A stretch of DNA of 64,000 bases, from contig NC_086104.1 in NCBI RefSeq assembly GCF_963921235.1, forward strand, positions 81,778,001 through 81,842,000, written 5' to 3'. Positions 27,891 through 39,115 of this stretch are shown here, piece by piece. The notes beneath the pieces are model-generated. The model worked only from the letters and a program-made list of their open reading frames with translations. It did not search any database and was not told where the DNA came from. Source of the DNA: Mobula hypostoma (Eukaryota). The position numbers were made by a program, and so were the translations under genes. Every line of letters begins with the position of its first letter. Position 1 is the first letter of the stretch.

Positions 27891-29124
27891 ACACGGGCAC
27901 CTTATTCATCCATCAAATTTCTCTTGCAACTACTTAAAAATTGCATTTGTAATGAATGACCAATTAATCTGCTATTAGTAATTATACATACATACATGCA
28001 TTAATATTGGTAGGTAACTGGTGCTGTTTAGTGTAAGATGCGCTTTGCCTATATATAGAGTTCATTGACAATGCAAATCAACCATTTGACAGGAGAATGG
28101 AAATCATTTGCAGCCCTTCAGTTACAAGTATTCTCAAAGGTGGACACGAGCAGCAGACCAACATATCATCTTACTTTTCCTACATCATCTTCCATCCTAC
28201 TGTAAAAAGGCAAATTACACTCCAGAATATATTTTTTAAATAAGGAAATGTGACCGTGTTGGGAATCAAACGCACCACAGAACTCCTCTTGATCCTCTAA
28301 TACATGATAATAGATGCAAATATGCCTAAACATGTACGTATCTGATAAATACACGTCTATTTAACATGGAACTTTCAAGGGGTAAAAACATTTTATAATG
28401 TATCCACAGTACTTTAAATAGAAACAGTAAAAAAAAATCCAATATAATTCAAACTGCCCAGAAAGCTTCAAAGAGGAACTATTAAGGAAACATATATAAT
28501 GGATGGATGAACATTCTTACCAAGAATGTTTCAAGCAGAAAATAACAAATGCAGAGAACAATATTTGTACAAATCATATCATTTCATCTTCTCCTTAGAA
28601 AGCGCAATGTAAATGCAGCAACTACCAGTCTAAACTGGTATCAGTTTATTATGCATAGTACAAAAAGAGAAATGAAAAAGAATGATTCTTAATTCTTAAC
28701 CTTCTCCCATGTGTCATGCAAACTGGTAAATAACATTCATCACGTAAAGGTTCACTAAAGTTACAGAGCTCATCAGTCTACACGTGGCATTTTGTTACTT
28801 TGACTATGGTTGCTGAAATACAAGCTATTCAAGCAGCTGATAGATGGATGTGTAACTGCTGGGCCAGAGTAATCTACTTGTCAATGTTTAGGGCTGGGAA
28901 GGCAAAGACGGACTGTGACTGTCAGTGCACATATCAGCTTATGTCAGGGTTCCATCACATTGATCTTGGTTAACAAGTGTGTGCTTTTCATTCCCTTTCC
29001 TCCTCTTTGAAAGTGAAGTATGAGCTGTTTATTATGTGCCTTGTAGACAATACATGAGGCTGGAATGCATTAAGAGTTTAACATTTGTATGCGATAGCAC
29101 AGTGGTAATGTATAGATTTTGCTA

Positions 29125-29338
29125 AACACAAGAGATTCTGCAGGTGCTGGAAATGCAGAGCATCATACAAAATGCTGGAGGAACTCAGCAGGTCAGACAG
29201 CATCTATGGAGAGGAATAAACAGTTGACATTTCGGGCTGAGTCCTGATGAAGTGTCTCGGCCTGAAGCGTCAACTGTATATTTCTCTCCATAGATGCTGC
29301 CTGACCTGCTGAGTTCCTCCAGCATTTTGTTGTTGCTC
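29125..29338. mobile_element. Fold-back Penelope-end insertion
   Basis: Two Penelope termini in inverted orientation; perfect 16-bp TSD TGTATAGATTTTGCTA (29109-29124, 29339-29354). Confidence 0.88.
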
Positions 29339-29619
29339 TGTATAGATTTTGCTATTCGATCTTAGATTACCTCTACTTTGGTCACTGGATAGCAAAGGGT
29401 GAAAAATCAGAACCCCGTAATCAATATTTGCAGCATAATTCTTGAATTTCTTCTCTAAAATTCCAGTCTTTTTCTTTCACCAATATTGGCTTACGACTGT
29501 CAGAGACCAAAAGACAAATAATTTTGGGTTCAGGACCCACACCAAAGTGGGTCATCAAAAGGAGATCATATTAATGGCCAATTGTCATGTTATTCAGTGT
29601 CCTCAGTCTTCACACAGGA

Positions 29620-30115
29620 GATATGGCAGAGAAGAATGTATGCTTCAATTGAATCTTTCTCCATTGATATCAGAATGTTGTTTCTAGATTTCATTTTGAC
29701 ATTCAACATTATTGTCTCACAGAGCTTGGTGAACAAACTCCTTCTCCTTGGCCTAAATACATCACTGTGGAACTGGGTGTTGGACTTCCTAACCAACAGA
29801 CCACAGATAGTCAGGATACACATCTGCTCCTTCCTCCCCATCACCCTCAACACTGATGCCCCCCAGGAATGTGTGCTGAGCCCATTGTTGTGCTTTCTGC
29901 TCACGCACAACTGCACAGCCAAACCCCCAAGTAATCACATTGTCATGACATGACAGTGTTGACTCATCACCAACAATGATGAGATGACCCACGGAGAGGA
30001 GGTGGAAGAGCTCGAGGCCTGGTGCCAGGCAAATAACCTCTTCCTCAATGTCAGCGGGACAAGGGAGAAGGTTATGTTCTTCAGGAAAACTCTCACACTC
30101 ACAACCCTCTTAACA
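29620..30115 (+). mobile_element. Rex1/Babar RT fragment
   Basis: IRMLFLDF...LWNWVLDFLTNRPQ...APQECVLSPLL. Confidence 0.85.
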
Positions 30116-31088
30116 TCAAGTTCAAGTTTATTCTCATCTAACTACACATATATACAAGTAAATAAAACAATGTTCCTCCCGATCACAGTGCACCCACGCA
30201 ATATATATCGCACACAGCATATAAACCAAAATATTGTACGATAAATAAGTTGAATAAGTTGAATTATTATAAAATATAATTCAAACTGCATGTAGTAAAG
30301 CACAGTATAGGTAAACAGTAAACAGTTTGCTGTCCTAGTAACCAGACCTCAGCGGTGGCAAGCTGTTCATTAGATTCACAGCCTGAGGGAAGCAGCTGCT
30401 ACCCAGTCTGACAGTCCTAGTCCTTATCATCCTCCTCCACCTCCTTCCTGATGGTAGTACAGTAGGTCAAGGAGATTGTGGGATGGGTGGTAGGGATCCT
30501 CAACAATGTTTTGGGCTTTTGTCTGCAACAATCCCAGTAAATATCACAAATATAGGGGAGGGAGACCCCGGTGATCCGCCCAGCAGTTTTTACAGTTCTC
30601 TGTAGCATACTGCAATCCAATGCCTTGCAGCTTCTGTAGTACACAAAGACGCAACCAGACAGGACACTCGATGCTGCTCCTGTAGAAAGTTGTTAGAATG
30701 GGTGCGGGAAGCCTTAAACACCTCAATCTTCTCAGAAGGTGTAGACGCTGCTGTGCCTTCTTGACTAGTGAGGAGGTGTTGTGAGTCCCTGGTATCCGTT
30801 ATGTGCACACCAAGGAACTTTGTGCTCTTCACTCTCTCCACGGCAGAGCCATTGATGTGTAATGGCGAGTGATCAAACTGCGCCTTCCTGAAGTCCACAG
30901 TCAACCCTTTTGTCTTGTCCACGTTGAGACTCAGGTTGTTGTTCTCACACCACTTGACAAGTCTCTCTACCTCCTCTTTGTATGCCAACTCATCATTGTT
31001 GCTGATGAGGCCAACCACTGGAGTATCATCAGTGAACTTGATTATGCCACTTGACCTGAATCTGGCAGTGCAGTTATGAGCCAGCACT
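30116..31088 (-). mobile_element. Rex1/Babar LINE 3' part
   Basis: IIKFTDDTPVVGLI...LNVDKTK.LTVDFRK...KFLGVHI; (TTGAAC)n tail at 30116. Confidence 0.88.
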
Positions 31089-31166
31089 ATGAACAGCCTG
31101 TGCCTAGTGTCACTTTATGGACATACAATCAATATATGTACAGTATATAAGCTGTCTTATGTATTT

Positions 31167-31713
31167 TGTAGCCTGGGGAAAAGTACACACTCAGGACAAC
31201 AAATACTTTCTCGGGTTTTAATTCCTTTATCTGTTTTAGATGTTTTAGTGCCAGAAGAGGGTCTCAAAACAAAACAAATGAATTTACAACCAGTTCCTGC
31301 CATTACAATCTCAGTTTAACTTTCGATCCACACCCTTGTGTATCGACGAATTGCATATGCAGTATGTAAATACATAAAGCGAACCACACAAAACTAATAT
31401 GAAACTAATACAGTAGTGGCAATTCTACTTGGCCGGTAAGGAACTGTGCACAAGCCACGCTGTCCAGCGCCGATGCCTTCACTCGTGAAAATCTTTCCTC
31501 ACCATGCTCAGTATCTCTGGGAGGAACTTAATCCCAAAGCCCCACCAGCTTCTTCAGCAGAAAACAAAAATGGTCTCCCCACTATCCTGCATGTGCGTAA
31601 TGACATCACCGTCTCCACCTAAAGGCACGGACAACTATTCTAGCATTACCCGGATGGATGCCTAGGTACACTTTTAACGATAATGAATAAGATTCGAAGG
31701 TCACCCGGTTACA
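31167..31713 (-). repeat. 3' LTR of Gypsy element (547 bp)
   Basis: Direct-repeat partner of 38208-38762; preceded on the minus strand by a purine tract. Confidence 0.96.
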
Positions 31714-31722
31714 TTCTCCCCT
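31714..31722 (-). promoter_or_regulatory. Polypurine tract
   Basis: Minus-strand AGGGGAGAA immediately upstream of the 3' LTR. Confidence 0.85.
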
Positions 31723-32028
31723 GCATTCAAGTAACCGTCCTCGATTACTCGCTCACTACAAGGGTACTTTTAATCTCCTTAACTGCTTCTCTAAAGAGAA
31801 CTGAACTAAGACTAGCCAGTACCTCAGACACTGCTGCCGGACTTATGGAGACCTCATCAAGGACTGACCTTGGTTCGTGATGTGGGCTGGGGTGCTGTCC
31901 AGCATTTACTCGTTTACTCCTGCGGGGTGCTGCTACAAGAGGGCTACCGACCTCCGCCCCTGTATTAGCAGTCATCAGCTCCCCCGTCTCAGTTCCAGAA
32001 GGTGTCATATTTTCGGAAGATATGCTGC

Positions 32029-33200
32029 CTAGGCTGGGTCAAGACCCTGTACACCCTGTTCTGACATATCTTCCACCAATATCACACCATTTTCTGAATC
32101 CTCAGAATCTGATTCATTCCCCAGGGGTGAACTGGCCTGAGTTACTAGAGTTTGCAGACTTCTTCGGGTAGCTGGAGGGGGATGGTTCTTACAGGGCCTG
32201 ATGTCTACCCTGTTCGCCCTCTTGCTAGGCCCACCCTCCCAACGTTCCACAGTGTATGTGTTGCCCAGTACCTCTACCACCCTGTAGACCATTGAGTTCC
32301 AAGCATCCTGGATCTTATTCTGGCCTAATGGTCTGTTCCTCAGGTATCAATTTCACATCAGCTTTGGGACAGTAAACTTTGTCCTCCTGCCAGGCAATGC
32401 GTTCTGCCACCCTCTGTTCAGAGTATACTTTTGCGCTGGCATGCGCATCCCTCAGTCGGCTCTGGTGTACAGCTAGCCAGTCATGTTTCCGGTCCACAGT
32501 CTGTTCTTGCCCCAGCAGAGCATCCACGGGCAAGTAGGGATCCACCTGAAACAACAGATAGTAAGGTGAATACGCAGTGGTTGTGTGAGGGGTCGCATTA
32601 TATGCATACACCAACCTGGGTAGATGTTCTGGCCATCTGCGCTTCTTTTCTGGAGGCAACATACGCAACAAATCATGCATCGTCCTGTTGAAACGCTCGC
32701 ACTGCGTGTTTCCAGTAGGATGATGAGGTGTGGTACGGCTTTTCTTTACCCCATATAGTTTGCAAAGCTCAGCTATGACCTCATTTTCAAAGTTACGGCC
32801 CTGGTCAGAATGCAATCCCTGAGGAACACCGTATTTCATGAACCATTCCCTCAAGAGCACACTTGCCGTGGTATCCGCCTTTTGATCCCGAGTCGGAAAT
32901 GCTTGGGTGAATTTAGTGAAAACATCCGTGACCACTAAGACATTCTCACGCCCATCAGTTGCCGACTCCAACACAGTGAAATCTACAGCTACAACTTCAA
33001 GTGGCCTAGAAGCCAGAAATGACTTCATGGGGGGTCAGATCCTAGGCTGCGGCATCTTAGTTGGTACACAACGTGGACAATTTTTTACTCACCGTGCCAC
33101 ATCCTCGTGTATGCCAACCCAAAAACATTGGCTTCTCAACAACTGCAGAGTACGTTCTATGCCTTGATGGCCCGTAGAGTCATGTGCATACTCTAACACT
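32029..33200 (-). pseudogene. pol: Gypsy integrase (HHCC, DDE core, C-terminal domain)
   Basis: AHDSTGHQGIERT; VAVDFT, HSDQGRNFE, CERFNRT; C-terminal VYRVVEV..TYTV segment. Confidence 0.94.
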
Positions 33201-33639
33201 TTGCTCCTCAAGCTGATAGGTACCAGAAGCTGGTAACACCCCCCAAGCTTCTCATCCTCGACTATACAGTAATCCTTACACTCCCTGATACCATCCCAGT
33301 GCCTTAACAGGGACAAAACTGGTTTAGGCAGAGTTTTACGCTCCTGGCCACTCAGCTTCCTTTTCTGATCCCATTAGTCTCTTAGGACACCTAACACAGG
33401 GTCTTGCTGCTGAAAAGTACACAAGTCCCCATTAGAATAACCTGGGAGGGTTGGAGTGTTCCCTTGCGCCGGACCCCTTACCTCACTAGTACCAGCTTCC
33501 CAGGCTGGAATTTGCTGAACCCTACAGCTGCTAAGACCAGCGGTAGCCAGTGCCAGGTCAAGGGCAGTGCCATGATTGATCAAACTACAGATCGCCACAG
33601 ACCCATCAAACTCTGAGACAGGCTCCGGCTCCCCTGCAA

Positions 33640-34030
33640 ATGCCTGCCTAGAGAGTGCATCAGCCATGGTATTGCTCCGACCTGGACAATACTGGACATC
33701 GAAGTCAAACACTGACAGCTGTGAGATCCATCTCTGCTCCACTGCTCCCAACTTGGCAGTTTTCAAGTGGGATAGGGGGTTATTGTCAGTGATTACGGTG
33801 AATTTGGAACCCAACAAGTATCCACAAAACTTGTCTACTACAGCCCACTTTTGTGTTTTGTGCAAGCAGCTCCAATTTCATGCTGCTATAATTCCTATCA
33901 TTCTTTTCGGCATTCCTTAATCGCCGGCTTGCATATGCAATAACCCTCTTTCCCTCTCCCTGCTGTTGGTATAACACAGATCCTAGCCCATGATTGCTGG
34001 CATCTGTCTCCACTATAAAGGGCTGGGAGT
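33640..34030 (-). pseudogene. pol: Gypsy RNase H
   Basis: FIVETDASNHGLGSVLYQ, IAYASR, NYSSMKLELLA, FTVITDNNPL, ADALSR. Confidence 0.93.
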
Positions 34031-34214
34031 AATCGGCAAAGCCAAGGATGGGGGAACTGGTCAGTTTCTCTTTGAGCAAGTCAAAGGCAGTTTGACATTC
34101 TTCCGTCCAAAACTGTTTTAACAGCCGGTTTGTTTTACTTGGACTCCCTACATTGGTACACAAATTCATTACATCATGCAGTGGACCAGCAATCTTTGAG
34201 AATCCCTGAATGAA

Positions 34215-35040
34215 TCATCGATAATAACTGCAAAAGCCAAGAAACGATCTTAAGTCCTTAACTGTCGATGGTACTGGCCACTGCTGAACAGCTGAGACCT
34301 TCTCAGGATCAGTGCCTATCCCCTTGGCTGATATCTGGTGTCCTAAGAATTTGATCTCTGACTGCAGAAAATGACACTTCTCCAATTTTACCTTCAGACC
34401 GGTCTCCTGGAGGCACTTAAGCACAGTGTCAAGCCTCTCCAAGTGTTCCTGGAAGGTCTGTGAATACACTAGAATATCATTCAAGTACACAAGCATGACT
34501 TGGAAGACTAAGTCATTCATGTTTGCCTGCATGAGCCTTTGAAAAGTTGCCGGTCCATTGTAGACCCCAAACGGCACGCGAAGCTATTCATACAGACCAA
34601 ACGGGGTCATAAAAGCAGTCATATGCCTATCACGCTCCTCTACCGCCACTTGGTGGTAACCACTAGTGAGGTCTATTGTCAAGAAAAATTGCGCTCCCCG
34701 CAGGGCATCAAAACTCTCATCAATACACGGGAGCGGGAATGCATCCTTCTGGTCTTGAGATTCAGTCTCCGATAATCTACACACAGTCTTATGATACCAT
34801 CAGCCTTCCGGACCAACACCACAAGTGAGGCATATGCACTATTGCTCTCCTGAATCACACCCTTCCTCAAGAACTTTGAGATGTGCTCTCTCACTTCATT
34901 GTACTGATTTGGCGGAACGTGACGGTATGGCTGTAAAACAGTCTCGTCATCAATTAACTGAATTTCATGCTTGACCTTGTCAGTGTACAGAAGGTCTTCC
35001 TCTTCAACTGCAAAGATATCCAGGTACTTAACCAATAAAG
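34215..35040 (-). pseudogene. pol: Gypsy reverse transcriptase, frameshifted
   Basis: QPYRHVPP, VVLVRKADG..RLCVDYRRLN, DAFPLPCID, IDLTSGYHQV, MPFG..NGPATFQRLM, VYLNDILVYS (YLDD changed to YLND), SFLGFCSYYR. Confidence 0.95.
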
Positions 35041-35046
35041 CTCTTA

Positions 35047-35946
35047 GATTGGATTAGATTATGAGGACACGCAGTCCTCTTTTATTGTCATTTAGTAATG
35101 CATGCATTAAGAAATGATACAATGTTTTTCCAGAATGGTATCACAGAAACACATGACAAACCGACTTAAAAACTAACAAAAACCACATAAATATAACATA
35201 TAGTTACAACAGTGCAAAGCAATACTGTAATTTGATAAGAACAGACCATGGCACGGTAAAAGTCTCAAAGTCTCTCTAAAGTCCCATCATCTCCTGACCC
35301 GGATCTGGGCCATACCCTCCAAATATCCGGACCTGCCTATCGGTTTTTTTGCGCTACCTTACTTTCCATTTTTTAATTTTCTATTTATGATTTATAATTT
35401 AAATTTTTAATATTTACTCATTTTTACTATTTTTAATATTTAATATTTGTAATCTAGGGAGTGGGAAGCGCAGAATCGAATATCGCTGTGATGATTGTAC
35501 GTTCTAGTATCAATTGTTTGGTGACAATAAAGTAAAGTATAATCTCACGCAGACAGTGAACCTCCAGCACTGCCAACTTGCCGATGCAGCATACTGGAAG
35601 CATCCGACCACAGTCCGACTCCGAGTCCATCCGAAAACTCCGAGCCTCCGACCAGCTCTCTGACACGAAGCACCGAGCACCATCTCTGCCAAGCACTTCG
35701 ACCCTGGCCCCTGGCAACAGGCAATAGGCAATGCCGAGGATTTGGGGCCTTCCTCTCCAGAGATTCTCGATCGCACAGTAGCAGCGGCAGCAAAGCGGGC
35801 ATTTTCAGAAGTTACTCCAGGTGTTCCTCTGTGCTTCTCACGGCTGTCTCCATCAAATCCAAATTGTGCACGGCCCCCTAGTTAACACATACGATATTCA
35901 TTCAGAATGGTCATGCGCGCTGCGTCGCGCCGCCATCTTCTCCTCC
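35047..35946 (-). mobile_element. Non-autonomous retroposon family A, copy inserted in Gypsy pol
   Basis: Homologous to 18633-19295 and 47542-48215. Flanked by TSD CTCTTA (35041-35046, 35947-35952); removing it restores the pol frame QQAQLRALLVKYLDIF. Confidence 0.9.
35294..35541 (+). mobile_element. LINE 3'-end fragment nested in the family A copy
   Basis: Absent from the other two family A copies; TSD ATCTC (35289-35293, 35542-35546); ends in TGACAATAAAGTAAAGTATA. Confidence 0.8.
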
Positions 35947-36450
35947 CTCTTAACTGAGCTTGTTGTCCTTCACTACCACCAATGTTGAGCTTGTCTAGAA
36001 TTGACTTTAAGTTGTGATTACTACACTCCTCCTTTACACCCACTGTTACGTGATCAATGCCAGCTGAGATCCGCTGAAATCTTACTGCACATTGTGGATC
36101 ACCACCTACGCATTCCACCTTTGACAGGATACCCAGCCGGGTCCTAGGTGCGAGCCATACAGCCTCTCGAGAGAGGTTTAAAATCTGCACTGGCACTATA
36201 CGATTACCAGAGTCAATGAGCGTAGGAATGACTACAATACCCCCTGGTAAAGGGGTGTTAAGTGGCTCAAGTAACATTTTATGGTCACTACCGGCATCGC
36301 CAGTGGCCTTGCTAGCCGCAAAGGTGACTACAGATCCAGTAGGTATGTGCTCAGTATCTTTTCCCAATACTTGGACTACGGTTTTCTTTCCAGTGGTGTG
36401 CATCTACACTTTCTGGAAAACATCTCTCCAATCAGAATCCAGCTTCCCTT

Positions 36451-36870
36451 CTAGGGTTGTGTCAAACTCTGGGAGACAAGTTGCCTACACTGGCTGATAA
36501 TGTTCATGCCTACAATACATGGGATAGGTGGTTCAGTGCTAACAGGATCCCTGACTACTAGAAAGCCACAATTTGGTATCTTCATGCCCATTGCTTGAAC
36601 CTCTAGCTTTAGATACCCAGGGTAAGGAATATTGAGACCATTTGCAGCTGTTAGCCTAAGCCTGCCAGCAGTGGACAACACATCTTCGTCCGCCCCATTC
36701 AAGTGTTCTCGAAAGAACTGCTTGGTCAGGGTGCTTACTTGACTACCTGTGTCCAACAGGCAACGGACAGCGACACCTGTTATTTCAAGCTCAACAACTG
36801 GACACATCCCTGTGGCGCGTTGCAGTAACTGGTCACAGGGTAGCTGTACATTATCTGTATCTATGAGGTT
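36451..36870 (-). pseudogene. pol: Gypsy aspartic protease
   Basis: CLLDTGSQVST active site, LTAANG flap, CIVGMNII C-terminal motif. Confidence 0.93.
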
Positions 36871-36932
36871 CCGCCGAACTGCCCAATTCCCAAACTCTTG
36901 AGGGCGGGAGGATGCAGGCTCCACTTCCCTTG

Positions 36933-37883
36933 CACCCCGCTTCCGTCGGCAATTCTTGGCCAAGTGCCCTCCCACCTGACACTTGAAACATATTGGTTGC
37001 CCATGTTCTGTGAACCTAGGCTGTAACTTACATCTACTGCTAGTAGCAATGTAAAATCCTTCTGTACAGTGCGATCTTTCATTGCTTGAGTCAATTCACA
37101 AAGGGCATTGCCCTGTTCTGTGACTACTTTAAGGACATCATCTAGTGTGACCAACTCAGATTCCCAAGCTTTAAGAATCGAGCACCGTGCCTGGCTACTG
37201 CTACACTTGACTTTCCAGACTCTGTATTTCCCAGGGACTCTTCTACGAGCCACAGACGAGCCTTCTCTCACGCTTCTATCATTGAAGATGCAGGGTGGCC
37301 CCGCACGAACTTGTGGAGCTCCCTTCTGAGGGAAGGATCCCTGATCCCCTCTATAAATTGATCTCTTAGCACCACCCTCTTATTGGGCACGGCATCAGGG
37401 AAGTGCTTCAGTAGCAAGTTAAGAGCTTGGGCTAGGGCATGTGAAAACTCTCTTACATCTTCACCCTCACACTGTTTGCAACTCTAGAAGCCATGCCACA
37501 GCTGGGGTGCACTACGCTGGTCCCTAAAAGCTTCCCTGAGATAGGTGAACAAGTCATCAGCACAGTCTTCCCCAGCATCACTGCGCATACGTGCTTCCTC
37601 TAAGGTTGCAACCCTGAGCAGGGACATAACAAAGTCATACTGATCCTGGTCAGACTGATTTCTACTATGAAATGCATGTTGTACTTCTTCAATAAGGTCA
37701 TCAACAAACATCTTTCTCAACATCCCCCATAAATGGAACGATGTGTCTTTCCCTTGGGACATATACATAGGACCTTTTGCTTAATTTATCTATGGTTGCC
37801 ATGGCTTCATCATATCTACTATGCAATTCCCTAATTTGTTCATTCAAATCAAGTTCAACTGGTGTGTCCTCTGAGTGTAACAT
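36933..37883 (-). pseudogene. gag: Gypsy gag (PNMA-like capsid plus CCHC zinc knuckle), frameshifted
   Basis: ORF pieces 37701-37883 and 37484-37768 (YVYVPRER..., DDLFTYLREAF); CFKCQVGGHLAKNC zinc knuckle at 36949-36990. Confidence 0.85.
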
Positions 37884-38183
37884 AGTAAAAGCTCAAACCT
37901 TTAAAGTTTTCACAAGTCTGCAAAAGGAGTAGCTGCCGTCGTTTGCTGCAAACGCGATGGCTTCATGGCCCACAGTTCCCTGGATCCACGTCTCCGTTCT
38001 GTGTCCTGACGTCAGTCACTGACATCCCAGCTCATTCCCGAGGCTCTACCACGCTCTCCACGCAGCAATAGGCGCTCCCTTCTTGCGCCCGACAGGAACA
38101 GCGGTCCTGGTCTTCACCACTACCGTATTAGGTATTGTATACTGCATACAACAATCAGAGACCCTCTAAACTGGCTTGGAATT

Positions 38184-38202
38184 AACCCCACTCCTGGAAC
38201 CA
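38184..38202 (-). promoter_or_regulatory. Primer-binding site complementary to tRNA-Leu(UAA)
   Basis: + strand AACCCCACTCCTGGAACCA matches the recalled 3' end of vertebrate tRNA-Leu(UAA), AACCCCACTCCTGGTACCA, at 18/19; it lies 5 nt inside the 5' LTR. Confidence 0.85.
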
Positions 38203-38207
38203 AATTT

Positions 38208-38762
38208 TGTAGCCTGGGGAAAAGTACACACTCAGGACAACAAATACTTTTTCGGGTTTTAATTCCTTTCTCTGTTTTAGATGTTTTAGTGCCAGAAGAG
38301 GGTCTCAAAACAAAACGAACGAATTTACAACCAGTTCTTGCCATTACAATCTCAGTTTAACTTTCGATCCACTTGTGAATCGACGAATAGTGTATGCAGT
38401 ATAAAAATACATAAAGCAAACCACACAAAACTAATACCAAAACTAATACAAGGCTAATACAGTAGTGGTAATTCTACTTGGCCGGTAAGGAACTTTGCAC
38501 AAGCCATGCTGTCCAGCGCCAATGCCTTCACTCGGGAAAATCTTTCCTCACCATGCCCAGTATCTCTGGGAGGAGCTTAATCCCAAAGCCCCATCAGCTT
38601 CTTCTGTAGAAAACAAAAATGGTCTCCCCACTATCCCGTGCGTGCGTAACGGCATCTCCGTCTCCACTTAAAGGCACAGACAACTATTCTAGCATTACCC
38701 AGATGGATGCCTGAGTACACTTCTAACGATAATGAATAAGATTTGACGGTCACCCGGTTACA
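38208..38762 (-). repeat. 5' LTR of Gypsy element (555 bp)
   Basis: TGTAGCCTGGGG...CCCGGTTACA on the + strand; aligns to 31167-31713 with about 39 substitutions and a few indels (by eye). Confidence 0.96.
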
Positions 38763-38780
38763 TGTATATATATTTATTGT

Positions 38781-39115
38781 GGTATTGTGCAAAGAATATC
38801 ATGGACAAAATGAATATCTAACGAGGATGTCATGAACAGAGCAAGCACAAAAAGAGAAATAATGTATGAGATCATGAAAAGGCAATGTATCTTCATTGGA
38901 CATGTGATTAGGAAAGAGGAGTTAGAATGCACGGTAATTATGGGAAAGATTGAAGGGAAGAAAGCAAAAGGAAGACAAAGACAAATGATGATGGAGACAG
39001 CAGCCAGAGAACTGGAAATGAATACCAATGAATTGATCCACTTGACCCGAAACAGGAGTGTGTGGACCATGGCAGTCAAAACTCAATCTCGGCATGGCAC
39101 CTGATGAAGATGATA
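38781..39115 (+). mobile_element. RTE LINE 3' fragment
   Basis: FIGHVIRKEELECTVIMGKIEGKKAKGRQR; (TGA)n-like tail. Confidence 0.82.

Larger units (their letters stand above)
31167..38762 (-). mobile_element. Full-length, decayed Gypsy (Metaviridae) LTR retrotransposon
   Basis: Two ~550 bp direct repeats with TG...CA ends (31167-31713, 38208-38762). PBS next to the upstream LTR, PPT next to the downstream LTR. Internal order gag-PR-RT-RNaseH-IN, broken by frameshifts, stops and one insertion. Confidence 0.97.

Noticed and set aside
31250-31280. Hammerhead-like motif in the LTR (CCAGAAGAGGGTCTC...AAAAC)
   Set aside because: Lacks the CUGANGA and GAAA cores and the closing stems in both LTR copies.
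31745-32008. env-like extra ORF between integrase and the 3' LTR
   Set aside because: Short, with no signal peptide or transmembrane segment; it reads as the frameshifted low-complexity tail of pol.
34215-34577. Gypsy element as currently active
   Set aside because: YLDD is mutated to YLND, there are many frameshifts and an insertion in pol, and the LTRs are about 7% diverged.
38184-38202. tRNA-Leu gene
   Set aside because: Only the last 19 nt, including CCA, match; the position next to the LTR identifies it as a PBS.
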